Source of the DNA: a virus
Lineage: Duplodnaviria > Heunggongvirae > Uroviricota > Caudoviricetes
Virus record (IMG/VR): IMGVR_UViG_2698536647_000001
Location: 1-7,918 of that record
Direction: 5' to 3' (one strand)
Length of the DNA stretch: 7,918 nt
Shown: positions 1-7,144 of the stretch, piece by piece
How the letters are laid out: each line of letters starts with the position of its first letter
Numbering within the stretch: the first letter of the stretch is position 1
Made by a program: the position numbers and the translations under genes
Notes under the pieces: generated by a model
The model's input: only the letters and a program-made list of their open reading frames with translations
Told to the model about the DNA's origin: nothing
Database searches by the model: none

Positions 1-1
1 A

Positions 2-190
2 GGGGATCCGACTACAGCGAATGAAATTCACGCTTTCCTTCGGCGGCATAAAGTGAAGTCGTTTATTTTCACACCGCCTTTCGGCGATACCGCGCTGTGG
101 CGTGTCGAGGCTGACACGCTCAAAAAGGTGGTTAAAAACGTAAAAGTGATAACCGTAACCGCAACGTTTGAACAGGCATTTGCACCATGA
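2..190 (+). CDS. M: Minor tail protein M, C-terminal fragment (5' end lies outside the window)
   Basis: Hand translation of frame 2 is open from the window edge to TGA at 188-190: ...KSFIFTPPFGDTALWRVEADTLKKVVKNVKVITVTATFEQAFAP*. It resembles the lambda gpM C-terminus as I recall it (SFLWTPPY...EFEQ). The stop overlaps the L start (ATGA), and the gene sits immediately upstream of L as in lambda. Confidence 0.7.
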   Translation, partial: GDPTTANEIHAFLRRHKVKSFIFTPPFGDTALWRVEADTLKKVVKNVKVITVTATFEQAFAP

Positions 191-942
191 GTCTTAATGC
201 TGATTATCAAAAACTCGAGCCGGGCAATGAAGTCCGGCTTTTTTCTGTCGATGGCACAGCGTTCGGTATGTCAGATGTACTCCGCTTCCACGCACATAAT
301 ATCGCGCATACCCCGGAAGAGATTGAGGCTGCAGGCGGGGATGAGAATAAACTTCCGGCGAAGTCCATCTGGTGGCAGGGGGAGGAGTATAAAGCCTGGC
401 CGTGTCAGGTTGAGGGTATTGAAGCGACTACGGACGGTACCAGTCCACAGCCAAAACTGAGTGTGGCGAACCTGGACAGCTCGATCTCAGCGCTCTGTCT
501 GGCGTATGACGATCTGCTGCAGGCGAAAGTGAGTATCCACGACACGCTGGCACAGTATCTGGACGCCAGAAATTTTCCGCAGGGCAATCCCACTGCAGAC
601 CCGTCACAGGAAAAGCTGAAGGTCTTTTATATCGATGCCAGAAGCACCGAGACGGATGAATCTGTTGAATTTACGCTTTCCAGTCCGATGGATTTACAGG
701 GCCAGATGATACCCACGCGGCAGCTGCATTCGTTATGCAGCTGGTGCATCCGGAACAAGTACCGGACCGGCGACGGCTGCGACTATGCCGGAACGCGCTA
801 TTTCGACAAAAACAATAATCCGGTTGACGATCCATCGCTGGATGTCTGCAACGGCACGCTGACGGCCTGCAAGCTCCGGCACGGAGACAGCAACGAGCTG
901 CCGTTTGGCGGTTTCCCCGGTACATCTCTTATCAGGAGCTGA
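187..942 (+). CDS. L: Minor tail protein L (tail tip assembly, Fe-S cluster-binding family)
   Basis: 251-aa ORF with ATG start. It has the C-terminal cysteine cluster (CSWC...C...C...C) typical of lambda gpL-family proteins, and lies between M and K as in lambda. Its start overlaps the M stop (ATGA). Confidence 0.88.
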   Translation: MSLNADYQKLEPGNEVRLFSVDGTAFGMSDVLRFHAHNIAHTPEEIEAAGGDENKLPAKSIWWQGEEYKAWPCQVEGIEATTDGTSPQPKLSVANLDSSISALCLAYDDLLQAKVSIHDTLAQYLDARNFPQGNPTADPSQEKLKVFYIDARSTETDESVEFTLSSPMDLQGQMIPTRQLHSLCSWCIRNKYRTGDGCDYAGTRYFDKNNNPVDDPSLDVCNGTLTACKLRHGDSNELPFGGFPGTSLIRS

Positions 943-943
943 T

Positions 944-1675
944 ATGCGCCAGAAAACCATTGATGCCATCATGGCACACGCTGCAGCGGAATATCCGCGA
1001 GAGTGCTGCGGCGTGGTGGCACAGAAAAGCCGGGTTGAGCGCTATTTTCCCTGTCGTAATCTCGCAGCAGAGCCGACTGAACATTTTCACCTGTCCCCCG
1101 AAGATTACGCAGCGGCAGAAGACTGGGGGACGGTGGTGGCCATTGTTCACAGCCATCCTGATGCGACGACGCAGGCCAGCGAGCTGGATAAGGCGCAGTG
1201 TGATGCAACGCTGCTGCCCTGGCATATTGTGAGCTGGCCAGAGGGGGATTTACGTACCATTCAGCCACGCGGGGAGCTGCCATTGCTGGAGCGTCCGTTC
1301 GTGCTTGGCCACTTCGATTGCTGGGGTCTGGTAATGAGCTATTTCCGGCAGACCCACTGTATCGAGCTCCACGATTACCGGGTGGATTATCCCTGGTGGG
1401 AAAACGACTACCCGGACAATTTCTATCAGGAGTGCTGGTACGAGTGCGGATTCAGGGAGTTTGATGGTCCGCCTCAGGAAGGGGACCTCGTCATCATGCA
1501 GGTGCAGGCCGATAAGTGGAATCATGCCGGGATTTTACTGGAGGGTAACATGCTGCTGCACCATCTTTACGGGCATCTGAGTCAACGTGTTCCTTATGGC
1601 GGATACTGGCAGGAGCGCACAATGAAGATCGTTCGCTATAAAGATGTAATGGCAGGTGAAACATGCAGGAAGTAA
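944..1675 (+). CDS. K: Tail assembly protein K (N-terminal MPN/JAMM domain plus C-terminal NlpC/P60 domain)
   Basis: The ATG at 944 is preceded by AGGAG at 934-938 (5-nt spacer). The track ORF begins at a TTG at 905 that overlaps L, so I prefer 944. A JAMM motif is visible (E in PRECCG; HSHPDATTQASELD = H-x-H-x7-S-x2-D). An NlpC/P60-like Cys (GHFDCWGLV) and His (KWNHAGILL) follow. Position between L and I matches lambda. Confidence 0.88.
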   Translation: MRQKTIDAIMAHAAAEYPRECCGVVAQKSRVERYFPCRNLAAEPTEHFHLSPEDYAAAEDWGTVVAIVHSHPDATTQASELDKAQCDATLLPWHIVSWPEGDLRTIQPRGELPLLERPFVLGHFDCWGLVMSYFRQTHCIELHDYRVDYPWWENDYPDNFYQECWYECGFREFDGPPQEGDLVIMQVQADKWNHAGILLEGNMLLHHLYGHLSQRVPYGGYWQERTMKIVRYKDVMAGETCRK

Positions 1676-2253
1676 TGACCCGCATTGAGCTTGGCGGCGT
1701 GCTCGGGAAAACATTCGGTAAAGTTCACCATCGCCTGATTTCCCGCGTGAACGAAGCGAGTGTTGCGCTGGCAAAGACTATACCGGGCTTTGAGCAGTTT
1801 ATGATTTCGAGCCAACGCCGTGGTCTCACTTATTCAGTATTCAAAGGGAAAAAGAATATTGGTGTTGATGACCTGGGTTACCCGGTCACCGGCGATGTCA
1901 TTCGCATTGTCCCGGTGATTATCGGGAGCAAAAAGGCCGGATTACTCCAGACAATACTTGGTGCAGTTCTGGTTGCCGTTGGGGCGGTGCTTAATTTCAC
2001 ACCCTGGGCTGCGGCATCACCATTCTTATACAAATTCGGTGCCGCAATGATGATTGGCGGGGTTGTTCAGATGCTTTCCCCTCAACCAGCGGGGCTGGCC
2101 AGCAAACAGAGTTCAGATAACCGCGCCTCATACGCGTTCGGTGGAGTCACCAACACCGCCGCGCAGGGCTATCCGGTACCGCTTCTTTATGGTCGTCGGC
2201 AAATCGGCGGTGCGATTATTTCTGCCGGGATTTATGTCGAAGACCAGCAATAA
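1663..2253 (+). CDS. I: Tail assembly protein I (gpI-like, hydrophobic Gly/Ala-rich C-terminal half)
   Basis: 196-aa ORF overlapping the K stop. An alternative start is the ATG at 1675 in a TAATG stop/start overlap. The Gly/Ala/Val-rich hydrophobic segment (LLQTILGAVLVAVGAVLNF...MMIGGVVQMLSP) and C-terminal PVPLLYG motif resemble lambda gpI, and it lies directly upstream of J. Confidence 0.85.
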   Translation: MQEVMTRIELGGVLGKTFGKVHHRLISRVNEASVALAKTIPGFEQFMISSQRRGLTYSVFKGKKNIGVDDLGYPVTGDVIRIVPVIIGSKKAGLLQTILGAVLVAVGAVLNFTPWAAASPFLYKFGAAMMIGGVVQMLSPQPAGLASKQSSDNRASYAFGGVTNTAAQGYPVPLLYGRRQIGGAIISAGIYVEDQQ

Positions 2254-2269
2254 ATAAAAACCTCCTTTC

Positions 2270-2295
2270 AGGCCACCTCAGGGTGGCCTTTTTTA
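2270..2295 (+). terminator. Putative rho-independent terminator between I and J
   Basis: Perfect inverted repeat AGGCCACC (2270-2277) / GGTGGCCT (2282-2289) with loop TCAG, followed directly by a T-run (2289-2294). It sits 17 nt after the I stop and just upstream of the J start. Confidence 0.5.
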
Positions 2296-2305
2296 TGGGC
2301 GCAAT

Positions 2306-5300
2306 ATGGCTACATCTACTCCGATTAGAGGCCGCAAGGGCGGCAGCTCCAGTTCACGCACCCCGACTGAACAACCAGACGATCTCCAGTCCGTAGCGAA
2401 AGCCAAAATTCTTGTTGCACTGGGAGAGGGCGAATTTGCAGGGCAGTTGACGGCGAAGGATATCTATCTCGATGGCACGCCACTGGAGAATGCAGACGGA
2501 TCGCAAAACTTCAGTGGCGTGGCGTGGGAATTTCGTCCGGGGACTCAGGCACAAAAATATATTCAGGGTATCCCCGGCACAGAAAATGAAATCAGCGTGG
2601 GCACCGAAGTGTCAAGCACCACCGGCTGGACACATACCTTTACCAACACGCAACTGTCAGCCGTTCGCCTGCGCCTCAAGTGGCCATCGCTTTTTAAACA
2701 GGAGGATGATGGCGATCTGGTTGGCTATTCAATTAACTACGCTATTGATCTGCAGACCGATGGCGGCACCTGGCAGACGGTACTTAATACCAGCGTAACC
2801 GGCAAGACAACTTCCGGCTACGAACGCAGCCATCGTATCGATTTACCACAGGCAGGCAGTACATGGACGGTGCGCCTGCGTAAGCTTACGGCGGATGCCA
2901 ACAGCGCGAAAATTGGCGACACGATGACGCTGCAGAGCTACACAGAGGTTATTGACGCCAAACTGCGTTATCCAAATACCGCGCTGCTGTACATCGAATT
3001 CGACTCAAGCCAGTTTAACGGCTCTATCCCGCAAATATCCTGCGAACCGCGAGGGCGTGTAATCCGCGTTCCGGATACGTATGACCCGGAGACCCGCACC
3101 TACAGCGGCACATGGACAGGGGCGTTTAAGTGGGCGTGGACGGATAATCCAGCCTGGATTTTTTACGATCTGGTGGTGAGCGACCGCTTTGGGCTGGGCA
3201 ATCGCCTGACGGCGGCCAATATTGATAAATGGACGCTTTATCAGGTCGCGCAATATTGCGATCAGCCGGTTCCTGATGGTAAAGGCGGTAGCGGCACTGA
3301 GCCTCGCTATACCTGTAACGTGTACGTGCAGGAGAGGAATGACGCCTATACCGTGTTACGTGATTTTGCGGCGATATTCCGGGGCATGACGTACTGGGGT
3401 GGCGATCAAATCGTTGCGCTGGCGGATATGCCCCGCGATGTGGATTACAGCTACACGCGTGCAAACGTGGTTAATGGGCGCTTTACCTATTCGGGCAGCA
3501 CCACCAAAACCCGCTATACCACGGCACTGGTTTCCTGGTCCGATCCGGGTAATGCCTACGCGGATGCGATGGAGCCTGTATTTGAGCAGGATCTCGTTGC
3601 TCGCTTTGGCACAAATCAGCTCGAAATGACAGCCATTGGTTGTACCCGGCAGTCAGAGGCAAACCGCAAAGGACGTTGGGGTATCCTGACCAATAACAAG
3701 GATCGCATCGTGTCGTTCGATGTTGGTCTTGACGGTAAGATCCCACAGCCTGGTTATATCATCGCGGTTGCCGATGAGCTGCTTTCCGGAAAAGTGATGG
3801 GAGGGCGCATCAGCGCGGTTAACGGTCGCGTTATCACGCTTGATCGTGATTCGGCAGCCGCTCCCGGAAGCCGTCTGATGGTTAACCTTCCGTCCGGCGC
3901 ATCGCAGAGCAGGACGATACAGAGCGTAAACGGGCGGGCCGTCACTGTGACAACGGCATACAGCGAAACACCTGCAGTGGAATCGGTGTGGATTGTCGAG
4001 TCTGAAGAGCTTTACGCGCAGCAATATCGCGTTATCAGCGTTACGGATAATAATGACGGAACGTATTCGATTGCTGGCGCTTTGCACGATCCGGATAAAT
4101 ATGCGCGTATCGATACCGGTGCCATTATCGACCAGCGGCCAATAAGTGTAATTCCGCCCGGTAATCAGTCCCCGCCAGCTAATATCGCGATCAGTTCGTT
4201 TTCTGTCGTTCAGCAGAATATCAGCGTTGAGACCATGCGCGTCAGCTGGGACCAGGCGAAAAATGCTATCGCGTATGAGGCACAGTGGCGTCGCAATGAC
4301 GGGAACTGGGTGAATGTGCCGCGCAGCTCCACCACGTCATTCGATGTTCCGGGGATTTATGCAGGACGCTACCTGGTTCGCGTGCGTGCCATCAATGCCG
4401 CCGAAATTTCATCTGGGTGGGGCTATTCAGAAGAGAAAACGTTGACGGGTAAAGTGGGAAACCCACCGAAGCCGGTTGGCTTCATCGCTTCTGAAAACGT
4501 GGTATTCGGTATCGAGCTGAACTGGGGATTCCCGGCGAATACCGAAGACACGCTGAAGACGGAAATTCAGTACAGCCTGACCGGTAGCGAAGATGATGCA
4601 ATGCTGCTGGCCGATGTGCCTTATCCGCAGCGCAAATATCAGCAGATGGGTCTTAAGGCAGGGCAGATTTTCTGGTATCGCGCGCAACTGGTCGACAGAA
4701 CGGGAAACGAGTCCGGGTATACCGACTGGGTGCGAGGTCAGGCCAGCATCGATGTTTCCGATATCACCGATGTGATCCTGGAGGAGATCAAAGACTCCGC
4801 TACGTTTAAAGATCTGATTGAGAGCGCAGTGGACAGCAATGAAAAAATTGCTGGCATGGCTGACGAAATCAAAAACCATGCCGACGAGCTGGAGCAGCAG
4901 GCGAAAGATATACAGGAAAACGCTGACGGGCTGGCGCAGGCGGCGGTAAAAATCGATGAGATTTCCGTTTCAATGGACGGTATGACAGGAGGCGTGAAGA
5001 ATTCGGCAATTGCGATAATCCAGAATGGGCTGGCGCAGGTTGTCAGTCGTCGTTCCCAGACAGCAACAAACGCCGGGAACAGTGCCAGTATAGACAGAGT
5101 GGATACTACGATTGCCGATACCAGCCAGGCGGTCGCACGCGCGCTGGTCACACTGGATGCAGAAGCTGGTGGCAATATCTCTAACTCAACGGACCTGACA
5201 GAAACTCTTGCTGATTTCACCCAGGCTTCGGCAACAAAAATCAACACTCTGACTGTTAAATCAGGCGAAAACAGTGCAGCGATAAACGTCAACGCACAGG

Positions 5301-5761
5301 CTATAGCAGATGTAAACGGTAACCTCAGCGCGATGTATAACATCAAGGTGGGGGTGTCCAGTAACGGGCAGTATTACGCTGCCGGGATGGGTATTGGGGT
5401 TCAAAATACACCCTCCGGCATGCAGTCACAGGTAATCTTCCTGGCAGACCGTTTCGCCGTGACTACTATGGTCGGCGGGACTGTAACACTGCCGTTCGTT
5501 ATCCAGAATGGCCAGGCCATTATCAGGGATACAGTCATTGGCGACGGGACCATAAGCAATGCAAAAATTGGCAATTACATCCAGTCGAACAATTATGTTG
5601 CCGGCTCTGTTGGCTGGAAACTGGATAAGTCCGGGACGTTTGAGAACTACGGTTCGACAGCTGGGGAGGGAGCCATGAAGCAGACCAACCAGACAATCAG
5701 CGTCAAGGATGGCAACAACGTTCTGAGAGTGCAGGTTGGCCGATTAACGGGGGTGTTCTGA
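2306..5761 (+). CDS. J: Tail tip / host specificity protein J (central tail fibre)
   Basis: 1151-aa ORF, about the size of lambda gpJ (about 1130 aa). Segments match my recollection of lambda J (e.g. TWTGAFKWAWTDNPAWIFYDLV...YCDQPVPDG...TEPRYTCNVY versus lambda GIWDGTFKPAYSNNMAWCLWDML...YCDQSVPDG...TEPRITCNAY). There is an FN3-like segment (VSWDQAKNAIAYEAQWRRNDGNW...YLVRVRAINA), an acidic coiled-coil-like stretch and a divergent C-terminus. It follows I as in lambda. Confidence 0.92.
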   Translation: MATSTPIRGRKGGSSSSRTPTEQPDDLQSVAKAKILVALGEGEFAGQLTAKDIYLDGTPLENADGSQNFSGVAWEFRPGTQAQKYIQGIPGTENEISVGTEVSSTTGWTHTFTNTQLSAVRLRLKWPSLFKQEDDGDLVGYSINYAIDLQTDGGTWQTVLNTSVTGKTTSGYERSHRIDLPQAGSTWTVRLRKLTADANSAKIGDTMTLQSYTEVIDAKLRYPNTALLYIEFDSSQFNGSIPQISCEPRGRVIRVPDTYDPETRTYSGTWTGAFKWAWTDNPAWIFYDLVVSDRFGLGNRLTAANIDKWTLYQVAQYCDQPVPDGKGGSGTEPRYTCNVYVQERNDAYTVLRDFAAIFRGMTYWGGDQIVALADMPRDVDYSYTRANVVNGRFTYSGSTTKTRYTTALVSWSDPGNAYADAMEPVFEQDLVARFGTNQLEMTAIGCTRQSEANRKGRWGILTNNKDRIVSFDVGLDGKIPQPGYIIAVADELLSGKVMGGRISAVNGRVITLDRDSAAAPGSRLMVNLPSGASQSRTIQSVNGRAVTVTTAYSETPAVESVWIVESEELYAQQYRVISVTDNNDGTYSIAGALHDPDKYARIDTGAIIDQRPISVIPPGNQSPPANIAISSFSVVQQNISVETMRVSWDQAKNAIAYEAQWRRNDGNWVNVPRSSTTSFDVPGIYAGRYLVRVRAINAAEISSGWGYSEEKTLTGKVGNPPKPVGFIASENVVFGIELNWGFPANTEDTLKTEIQYSLTGSEDDAMLLADVPYPQRKYQQMGLKAGQIFWYRAQLVDRTGNESGYTDWVRGQASIDVSDITDVILEEIKDSATFKDLIESAVDSNEKIAGMADEIKNHADELEQQAKDIQENADGLAQAAVKIDEISVSMDGMTGGVKNSAIAIIQNGLAQVVSRRSQTATNAGNSASIDRVDTTIADTSQAVARALVTLDAEAGGNISNSTDLTETLADFTQASATKINTLTVKSGENSAAINVNAQAIADVNGNLSAMYNIKVGVSSNGQYYAAGMGIGVQNTPSGMQSQVIFLADRFAVTTMVGGTVTLPFVIQNGQAIIRDTVIGDGTISNAKIGNYIQSNNYVAGSVGWKLDKSGTFENYGSTAGEGAMKQTNQTISVKDGNNVLRVQVGRLTGVF

Positions 5762-5762
5762 T

Positions 5763-6065
5763 ATGGCTTATGGAATACAGACCTGGGATGCTTCGGGAAA
5801 CCCCAACAACTACGGAATCAAGCCCGTTTCCGTTGTTGGACGTATACAACTTGCCGCCGGACAAAACTCCGGCAGCTGGTCTTTTACGGTGCCCTCAGGA
5901 ATGAAAGTTGGTTTTGTTCTTTCACTTGATGAAGGAGGTAACAGCGTAGGGCGGCGCATTGTCGCGTCAGGGAGCACAATAACCGTAAGCGCTGCATCTT
6001 CTGTAGGTCTGGGTAATTATCCGGCCTCAAAGTGTGAAGTGGTCGTTTTCATGGAGAAAGCATAA
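5763..6065 (+). CDS. Hypothetical protein, first gene of a post-J module (unknown function; carries WDASG and SGSW motifs)
   Basis: 100-aa ORF whose ATG lies 1 nt after the J stop, with a G-rich SD-like stretch upstream. Its stop overlaps the next start (TAATG). No signal peptide or TM segment is apparent. It shares motifs with the next ORF. Confidence 0.6.
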   Translation: MAYGIQTWDASGNPNNYGIKPVSVVGRIQLAAGQNSGSWSFTVPSGMKVGFVLSLDEGGNSVGRRIVASGSTITVSAASSVGLGNYPASKCEVVVFMEKA

Positions 6066-6739
6066 TGGCCGAATTTGGCGCGATGATATTAATGGACAAC
6101 GGGAACCCATTTGTAACGCCCCAGTCAACGCCTTTTTGTCTTTACGGCAAGTACACTTTCAACTCCTCTGCTAATGGCAGTTCGCAGCAAGTTGCTAAGA
6201 ATATTGCATTAAATGCTGACTACCCTGTGATGGTATTTATCAGGACCACAAATACCGCCCAGCCCACGCCAGTAATATCTTACCGGAACGGCGGAAATGT
6301 ATATGTCGCGGGGGTTAATCCCTATAACCAAAGTTTCACTTTAACGGCGTACGTTTTTGCCATATTCCCGCAGATATTACCGAAATGGGGTTTGGCAATA
6401 TGGGATGCGAGCGGAAAGCTTGTGTTAACTAATGAGTCCCGTGTGCTATCAGACCTGCAGACGGTTGGCACGCCTGGTGCAAACGGCGGGATAAATATTG
6501 ACCAGACGCTGAGCGGGTCATGGGCCGTTGCACCTGCTCAGTTGGGTCAGACCATCATTGTGAATAATTCAACCCAGCCTCCGACTATCTACACGATAAA
6601 TGCTTATTCTTCATGCAGGTTTGACGGGGCCAATACGAGGATAAACGCAGGGGGGACCTCCACTGGGGCAGGTTCACCTGGAGGGGGAACGAATACTGGC
6701 ATTTCATTAACCGCCATAAATACAGCGGCCTATGATTGA
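6065..6739 (+). CDS. Hypothetical protein, second gene of the post-J module (apparent tandem duplication of the upstream ORF's domain; Gly-rich C-terminal tail)
   Basis: 224-aa ORF with GGAG at 6053-6056, 8 nt upstream of the ATG. It contains WGLAIWDASGK and SGSW (compare YGIQTWDASGN and SGSW in the 100-aa ORF), and its N-terminus MAEFGAMILMDNGNP echoes MAYGIQTWDASGNP. It ends in a Gly/Thr/Ser-rich tail (GGTSTGAGSPGGGTNTG). It looks more AT-rich than J by eye. Confidence 0.6.
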   Translation: MAEFGAMILMDNGNPFVTPQSTPFCLYGKYTFNSSANGSSQQVAKNIALNADYPVMVFIRTTNTAQPTPVISYRNGGNVYVAGVNPYNQSFTLTAYVFAIFPQILPKWGLAIWDASGKLVLTNESRVLSDLQTVGTPGANGGINIDQTLSGSWAVAPAQLGQTIIVNNSTQPPTIYTINAYSSCRFDGANTRINAGGTSTGAGSPGGGTNTGISLTAINTAAYD

Positions 6740-6769
6740 TTGATCGTTTTTAGCGATAAATAACATAAT
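6740..6769 (+). promoter_or_regulatory. Candidate sigma70 promoter for the lipoprotein moron
   Basis: TTGATC (6740-6745), an 18-bp spacer, then CATAAT (6764-6769), inside a 110-bp AT-rich intergenic region directly upstream of the lipoprotein gene. This is pattern-based only. Confidence 0.3.
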
Positions 6770-6850
6770 ATTGATCTATCCAATCAATTATACCCACCAG
6801 AATTGTATTGGTATCGTCTAAGATACTGAATTCCTCTGGATACTATCAAA

Positions 6851-7084
6851 ATGAGAAAACTGATTATCTGCATGGCAGGCGCTGTCATGCTTACAGGATG
6901 CGCTGGCGTAATTGAGAAACAGGAACCAGTTTGCAGCGGCACTGCAATCGTTGGCGGTCAGGAAACTACGGTTCAGATTTACGGTGTGCGTAAACAAAAC
7001 AACCAGACGCAGTACCGGGCTGGATATCCTTTCAGCTGGCGCTGGGTAAGTGCGAATACATTTACCGAAACAACCTGCAAATAA
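6851..7084 (+). CDS. Small secreted lipoprotein (moron); possible Cor-like superinfection-exclusion lipoprotein
   Basis: 77-aa ORF. The N-terminus MRKLIICMAGAVMLTGC has a basic n-region, a hydrophobic core and an LTGC lipobox, so a signal peptidase II site is predicted. The +2 residue is Ala, which suggests outer-membrane sorting. The mature part has two further Cys. The gene is bracketed by an AT-rich promoter-like region and a downstream hairpin plus T-run. Its position between J and the tail fibre gene is where lambdoid phages carry cor or lom. Confidence 0.7.
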   Translation: MRKLIICMAGAVMLTGCAGVIEKQEPVCSGTAIVGGQETTVQIYGVRKQNNQTQYRAGYPFSWRWVSANTFTETTCK

Positions 7085-7105
7085 CCCACTACGCTTAAAC
7101 ATAAA

Positions 7106-7128
7106 CCTCGCTCCGGCGGGGTTTTTTT
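7106..7128 (+). terminator. Putative rho-independent terminator after the lipoprotein gene
   Basis: Stem CCTCGC (7106-7111) / GCGGGG (7116-7121) with one G-U pair and loop TCCG, followed by T7 (7122-7128). It lies 22 nt after the lipoprotein stop. Confidence 0.45.
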
Positions 7129-7144
7129 ATTGCCTGGAGAAAAT

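Noticed and set aside
4-9. GGATCC (BamHI site) at the extreme 5' end
   Set aside because: A single 6-bp palindrome is expected by chance; no evidence of a cloning junction.
28-210. 60-aa minus-strand ORF
   Set aside because: Antisense to the M 3' end and L start; no support.
905-943. Upstream TTG start for K given by the ORF track
   Set aside because: It would overlap the L 3' end by 38 nt and lacks an RBS. The ATG at 944 has a canonical AGGAG 5 nt upstream.
2054-2257. 67-aa + strand ORF in an alternative frame within I
   Set aside because: Fully nested inside the I gene in another frame; no start context or recognisable features.
4738-5346. 202-aa minus-strand ORF (and the 150-aa ORF at 4427-4879) inside J
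   Set aside because: Entirely embedded antisense within the well-supported J coding region; low-complexity Ser/Ala-rich translation, no independent signals.
5759-5765. Possible +1 frameshift fusion of J with the downstream 100-aa ORF
   Set aside because: The ORF has its own ATG 1 nt after the J stop with an upstream G-rich SD-like element and no obvious slippery motif. Simple translational coupling is the more economical explanation, though a fusion is not excluded.
6818-7102. 94-aa minus-strand ORF overlapping the lipoprotein gene
   Set aside because: Antisense to a gene with a clear lipoprotein signal peptide, and flanked by the + strand promoter and terminator signals.
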